DNA of 18,304 nt from Candidatus Methylomirabilales bacterium (GTDB lineage: Bacteria > Methylomirabilota > Methylomirabilia > Methylomirabilales > CSP1-5): assembly GCA_046758505.1 (NCBI GenBank), contig JBHIAH010000053.1, positions 1 through 18,304 on the forward strand, written 5' to 3'. The notes beneath the pieces are model-generated. The model was not told the origin of the DNA. It saw only the letters and a program-made list of their open reading frames with translations, and did not search any database. Shown here piece after piece: positions 15,244 to 18,304 of this stretch. Both the position numbers and the translations under genes were made by a program. Position 1 is the first letter of the stretch; each line of letters opens with the position of its first letter.

Positions 15244-16617
15244 ATGAACGGGTATAAGGGACATCTCGTCATCATGGTCGGTGCGGGGCCTGCCGCCCTG
15301 TATGCCACTGGCAAGCTCACCGAGAAGGGGCATACCGTTCTGATGCTGAACCGGGATGTCAAGCCGGGGGGCCTGGCGGAGTACGGCATTTACCTGTCCA
15401 AACACAAGATGAAAGAGGGCCTGCGGAAGCAGTTTCGGCAGATTCTCGCCAATCCCCGGGTGATTTACTTCGGCAACGTCAAAGTAGGCGAGGGGGCGGC
15501 CGTGTGCTTCAGCGAGCTGCAGGATCTCAAGCCGAGTGCGATTGTCGTTGGGGCGGGGGCGCAGGGGACGAAGTCGTTGGGGGTCCCCGGGGATGATGGG
15601 CCAAATGTCTATCACGCCAAGGACCTGGTCTACCACTACAATCTCCTTCCGCCCTTCAGTGAGAAAGACTTTCCCATGGGGCAGCGCGTGGCCATCATCG
15701 GCATCGGCAACGTCATGGCGGACATCGCGAACTATCTGGTCACGATCCGCAAAGTTCCCGAGGTCATCGCCGTGGCGCGGCGAGGGCCCGTCGAGCGAAA
15801 ATACGATGACCGCGAGATGCGACCCATCGCCTGGCATATCGACAAAGAAGCGGTAAAGGCGGAGCTCGAGCGGATTCGGCCCCGGCTCGAGCCGCTCGGC
15901 CAGGATATGGACGTTCAGTATAAGGAGTTGACGAAGGACTGTCATGTCGAACCGAAGGCGGGCAGGGGTCCCACGCGTCTCTCTTTTCGCTTCCTGGCCT
16001 CACCGAAACGGATCGTCCGGGATGAGACCGGGCGCATGGTCGGCATGGAGGTCGAGGAAAACACGTTGGTCGAACGCAAGGGTTCGCTCGCCGCCAAAGG
16101 CCTGGGTGAGACCACCGTGCTTCCCGTGGACACGGTAGTTTTTGCCATCGGGGATGTGGTGGACCTCGACCTTGGTCTTTCCGCCATAAAGGGAGGCTGG
16201 GGCTACGCGACGAATCCAAACCCGGATCCTCACGATCCGGAAGCGGCCAGATATCAGGTCTTCGATCCCCAGGCCGAGCAGCTCATGGATGGTGTCTTTG
16301 TCGTCGGCTGGTCGCGGAGCGCCAGCGAGGGGGTCGTGGGCAAGGCGCGGCTCGATGGCGAGAAGGGGGCGGCTGTGGTGAACCGGTACTTGTCCCAGCG
16401 CCCCGGGCTCTCCCGCCGGGAGATCTACCAGCGGATCGGGACCGTCTATCACCGTGTGCGTGAAAAGTCGTTCCCGGTGGTCCACAAGGGACTCTGGCGG
16501 ATCCTGGAGCAGGTTGAGCGGGAAGAGGCGCACAGGCGGGGTCTCGAGGAATTTAAGTTCGGCACCAACGAGGAAATGCTGCGGGTCGTCCAGGAGAGAG
16601 TGAAGAAGCGATCGTGA
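15244..16617 (+). CDS. FAD-dependent ferredoxin-NADP+ reductase (FprA / adrenodoxin-reductase-like)
   Basis: GAGPAA FAD-binding motif, PGGLAEYGI, YFGNVKVG, IIGIGNVMADIA, ARRGP, FRFLASP, FAIG and FVVGWSRSASEGVVG. Confidence 0.85.
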   Translation: MNGYKGHLVIMVGAGPAALYATGKLTEKGHTVLMLNRDVKPGGLAEYGIYLSKHKMKEGLRKQFRQILANPRVIYFGNVKVGEGAAVCFSELQDLKPSAIVVGAGAQGTKSLGVPGDDGPNVYHAKDLVYHYNLLPPFSEKDFPMGQRVAIIGIGNVMADIANYLVTIRKVPEVIAVARRGPVERKYDDREMRPIAWHIDKEAVKAELERIRPRLEPLGQDMDVQYKELTKDCHVEPKAGRGPTRLSFRFLASPKRIVRDETGRMVGMEVEENTLVERKGSLAAKGLGETTVLPVDTVVFAIGDVVDLDLGLSAIKGGWGYATNPNPDPHDPEAARYQVFDPQAEQLMDGVFVVGWSRSASEGVVGKARLDGEKGAAVVNRYLSQRPGLSRREIYQRIGTVYHRVREKSFPVVHKGLWRILEQVEREEAHRRGLEEFKFGTNEEMLRVVQERVKKRS

Positions 16618-16686
16618 CGCGGCGGCAATCGGACCTCATTCTTGGGAACGGTCACGTAACTCACTCGTTAAACGGAGGAATTCAAC

Positions 16687-17916
16687 ATGGCGGCAAAAGG
16701 AAACGGCACCAAGATCCAGTTCCAAAACGGCCAGCTCATCGTGCCCGACGACCCCATCATCCCCTTCATCGAGGGGGACGGGATCGGCCCCGACATCTGG
16801 GCGGCGAGCGTGCGGGTCTTCGATGCGGCGGTCGAAAAGGCCTTCGGGGGCCAGAAACGCATCGTCTGGAAAGAGGTCCTGGCCGGCGATAAAGCGCACG
16901 CGCAGACCGGGGAGTGGCTCCCCGCGGCGACCCTGGCGAGCATTCGAGAGCACATCGTCGCCATCAAGGGCCCCCTCACCACCCCGGTGGGGGGCGGCAT
17001 CCGCAGCCTCAATGTCGCCATGCGGCAGCAGCTCGATCTCTTCGCCTGTGTCCGCCCCGTCCGCTACTTCCAGGGGACCCCGAGCCCCGTCAAGCACCCG
17101 GAGAAGATGGATATCGTCATCTTCCGGGAGAACACCGAGGACGTCTACGCCGGGATCGAGTGGCAACAGGGGACGGCGGAGGCACAGAAGGTCATCACCT
17201 TCCTCACCCAGGAACTCAAAGCGCAGATCCGGCCCGATTCGGGCATCGGGATCAAACCCATCAGTATAACCGGCACTAAGCAGCTCGTCCGGATGGCCAT
17301 CCAGTACGCCCTCGCCCGCAAGCGCCGGAGCGTCACCCTGGTCCACAAGGGGAACATCATGAAGTACACCGAGGGGGCCTTCCGGGACTGGGGCTACGAG
17401 CTCGCCCGCGAGGAATTCGGCACCGTCACCATCTCCGAAGACGACCTCTGGGCCCAGCACAAGGGGCGGGCCCCGGAAGGCATGGTGGTGATCAAGGACC
17501 GGATCGCCGACAGCATGTTCCAGCAGATCCTCACCCGGACCGACGAGTACGACCTCCTCGCCACCCCCAACCTCGACGGCGACTTCCTGTCGGACGCCTG
17601 CGCCGCCCAGGTGGGGGGCCTCGGGATCGCCCCCGGAGCCAACATCGGCATTCCCACCGCGCTCTTCGAGGCGACCCACGGGACCGCCCCGAAGTACGCC
17701 GGCCAGGACAAGGTCAACCCCGGCGCCGTCATCCTCGCCGGGGCGATGATGTTCGAGCACCTCGGGTGGCAGCCGGCGGCCGACCGCATCTACCGGGGGA
17801 TGGAGCGGACCATCCAGCAGAAGCGGGTGACGTACGACTTCGCCCGGCTGATGTCCGGGGCCACCGAGCTCAAGTGCTCCCAGTTCGGGGACGCCATTAT
17901 CGAGAATATGGGATAA
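16687..17916 (+). CDS. icd: Isocitrate dehydrogenase (NADP+), E. coli-type dimeric
   Basis: [68 protein letters not shown]. The NADP-specifying K/Y and Y/R residues are present. Confidence 0.97.
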   Translation: MAAKGNGTKIQFQNGQLIVPDDPIIPFIEGDGIGPDIWAASVRVFDAAVEKAFGGQKRIVWKEVLAGDKAHAQTGEWLPAATLASIREHIVAIKGPLTTPVGGGIRSLNVAMRQQLDLFACVRPVRYFQGTPSPVKHPEKMDIVIFRENTEDVYAGIEWQQGTAEAQKVITFLTQELKAQIRPDSGIGIKPISITGTKQLVRMAIQYALARKRRSVTLVHKGNIMKYTEGAFRDWGYELAREEFGTVTISEDDLWAQHKGRAPEGMVVIKDRIADSMFQQILTRTDEYDLLATPNLDGDFLSDACAAQVGGLGIAPGANIGIPTALFEATHGTAPKYAGQDKVNPGAVILAGAMMFEHLGWQPAADRIYRGMERTIQQKRVTYDFARLMSGATELKCSQFGDAIIENMG

Positions 17917-17919
17917 GAC

Positions 17920-18237
17920 AGTCCGAGGTCCAAAGTCAAATGACCGGGGACGGGGGACCGAGCTATGTCGAATTTCGGATTGCGAATTTCGAATTTCTGT
18001 GAGCTATGAACTATAGACCATGAACCATGAACTATGAACCCTGAACTATGCTGAACTGTGAGCCACGAAGCGTGAACGCTGAAAGGGGTCCACGACGGTG
18101 CACGTTGAGCGCTGCACATTGTACTGTGAACGTCTTGGCTGATTGCTGACCGCTGATAACGCTTTTTATCGGTCATCGGTCCGCGGTCATCGGTCGTCGG
18201 ACTATGACCTCGGACGTTGGACTTTGGACATTGGACG
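17920..18237. repeat. Patchwork of degenerate 7-bp tandem repeats with nested inverted arms
   Basis: Blocks include GAACTAT-type x7 (18001-18049), TCGAATT-type x4 (17968-17995), TCGGTCN x4 (18169-18196) and TTGGACN x4 (18210-18237). The last two have inverted counterparts at 17920-17961. Confidence 0.85.
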
Positions 18238-18250
18238 TGGGGAGGTTGCG

Positions 18251-18304
18251 ATGGCGAAGGACACCTTAACCATCACCGACAACCGCACCGGCAAGACCTA
18301 CGAG
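18251..18304 (+). CDS. gltA: Citrate synthase, N-terminal fragment (runs off the window)
   Basis: RBS GGAGG. MAKDTLTITDNRTGKTYE matches a typical citrate synthase N-terminus, and it follows icd. Confidence 0.8.
   Translation, partial: MAKDTLTITDNRTGKTYE

Noticed and set aside
17920..18237. CRISPR array or real small ORF (17790-18176, - strand) in the repeat region
   Set aside because: Units are 7 bp and degenerate, with no repeat-spacer structure or cas genes. The ORF is a repeat-derived low-complexity translation overlapping icd.

Overview
GC-rich bacterial window; every credible gene is on the + strand. It is an anaerobic-respiration and metal-handling region that ends in the TCA genes icd and the start of gltA. 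Gene order: a single-domain response regulator, a membrane-anchored exported protein, an internally deleted RAYT-type transposase remnant, an HAO-family octaheme cytochrome c, a ZraP/S/R-like trio (PepSY-like periplasmic protein, kinase, sigma-54 activator), a second octaheme cytochrome c, a tetrathionate/selenate-reductase-like Fe-S + molybdopterin pair with no membrane subunit, a P19/Tp34-type protein, a small membrane protein, a CMD/AhpD-like protein, an FprA-like flavoprotein, icd, a heptamer-repeat patchwork and partial gltA. The most notable system is the Mo-enzyme locus. (i) Its B subunit has lost exactly the four Cys of the membrane-proximal FS4 cluster and ends in CxxCH. (ii) Its sigma-54 leader contains a Moco/Wco-riboswitch-like RNA whose P1 competes with a 16-bp terminator, suggesting an ON switch. 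(iii) Its two-dyad enhancer plus sigma-54 promoter layout is repeated in front of the P19-like/membrane-protein genes. All family calls come from motif recognition by eye; no database searches were run.
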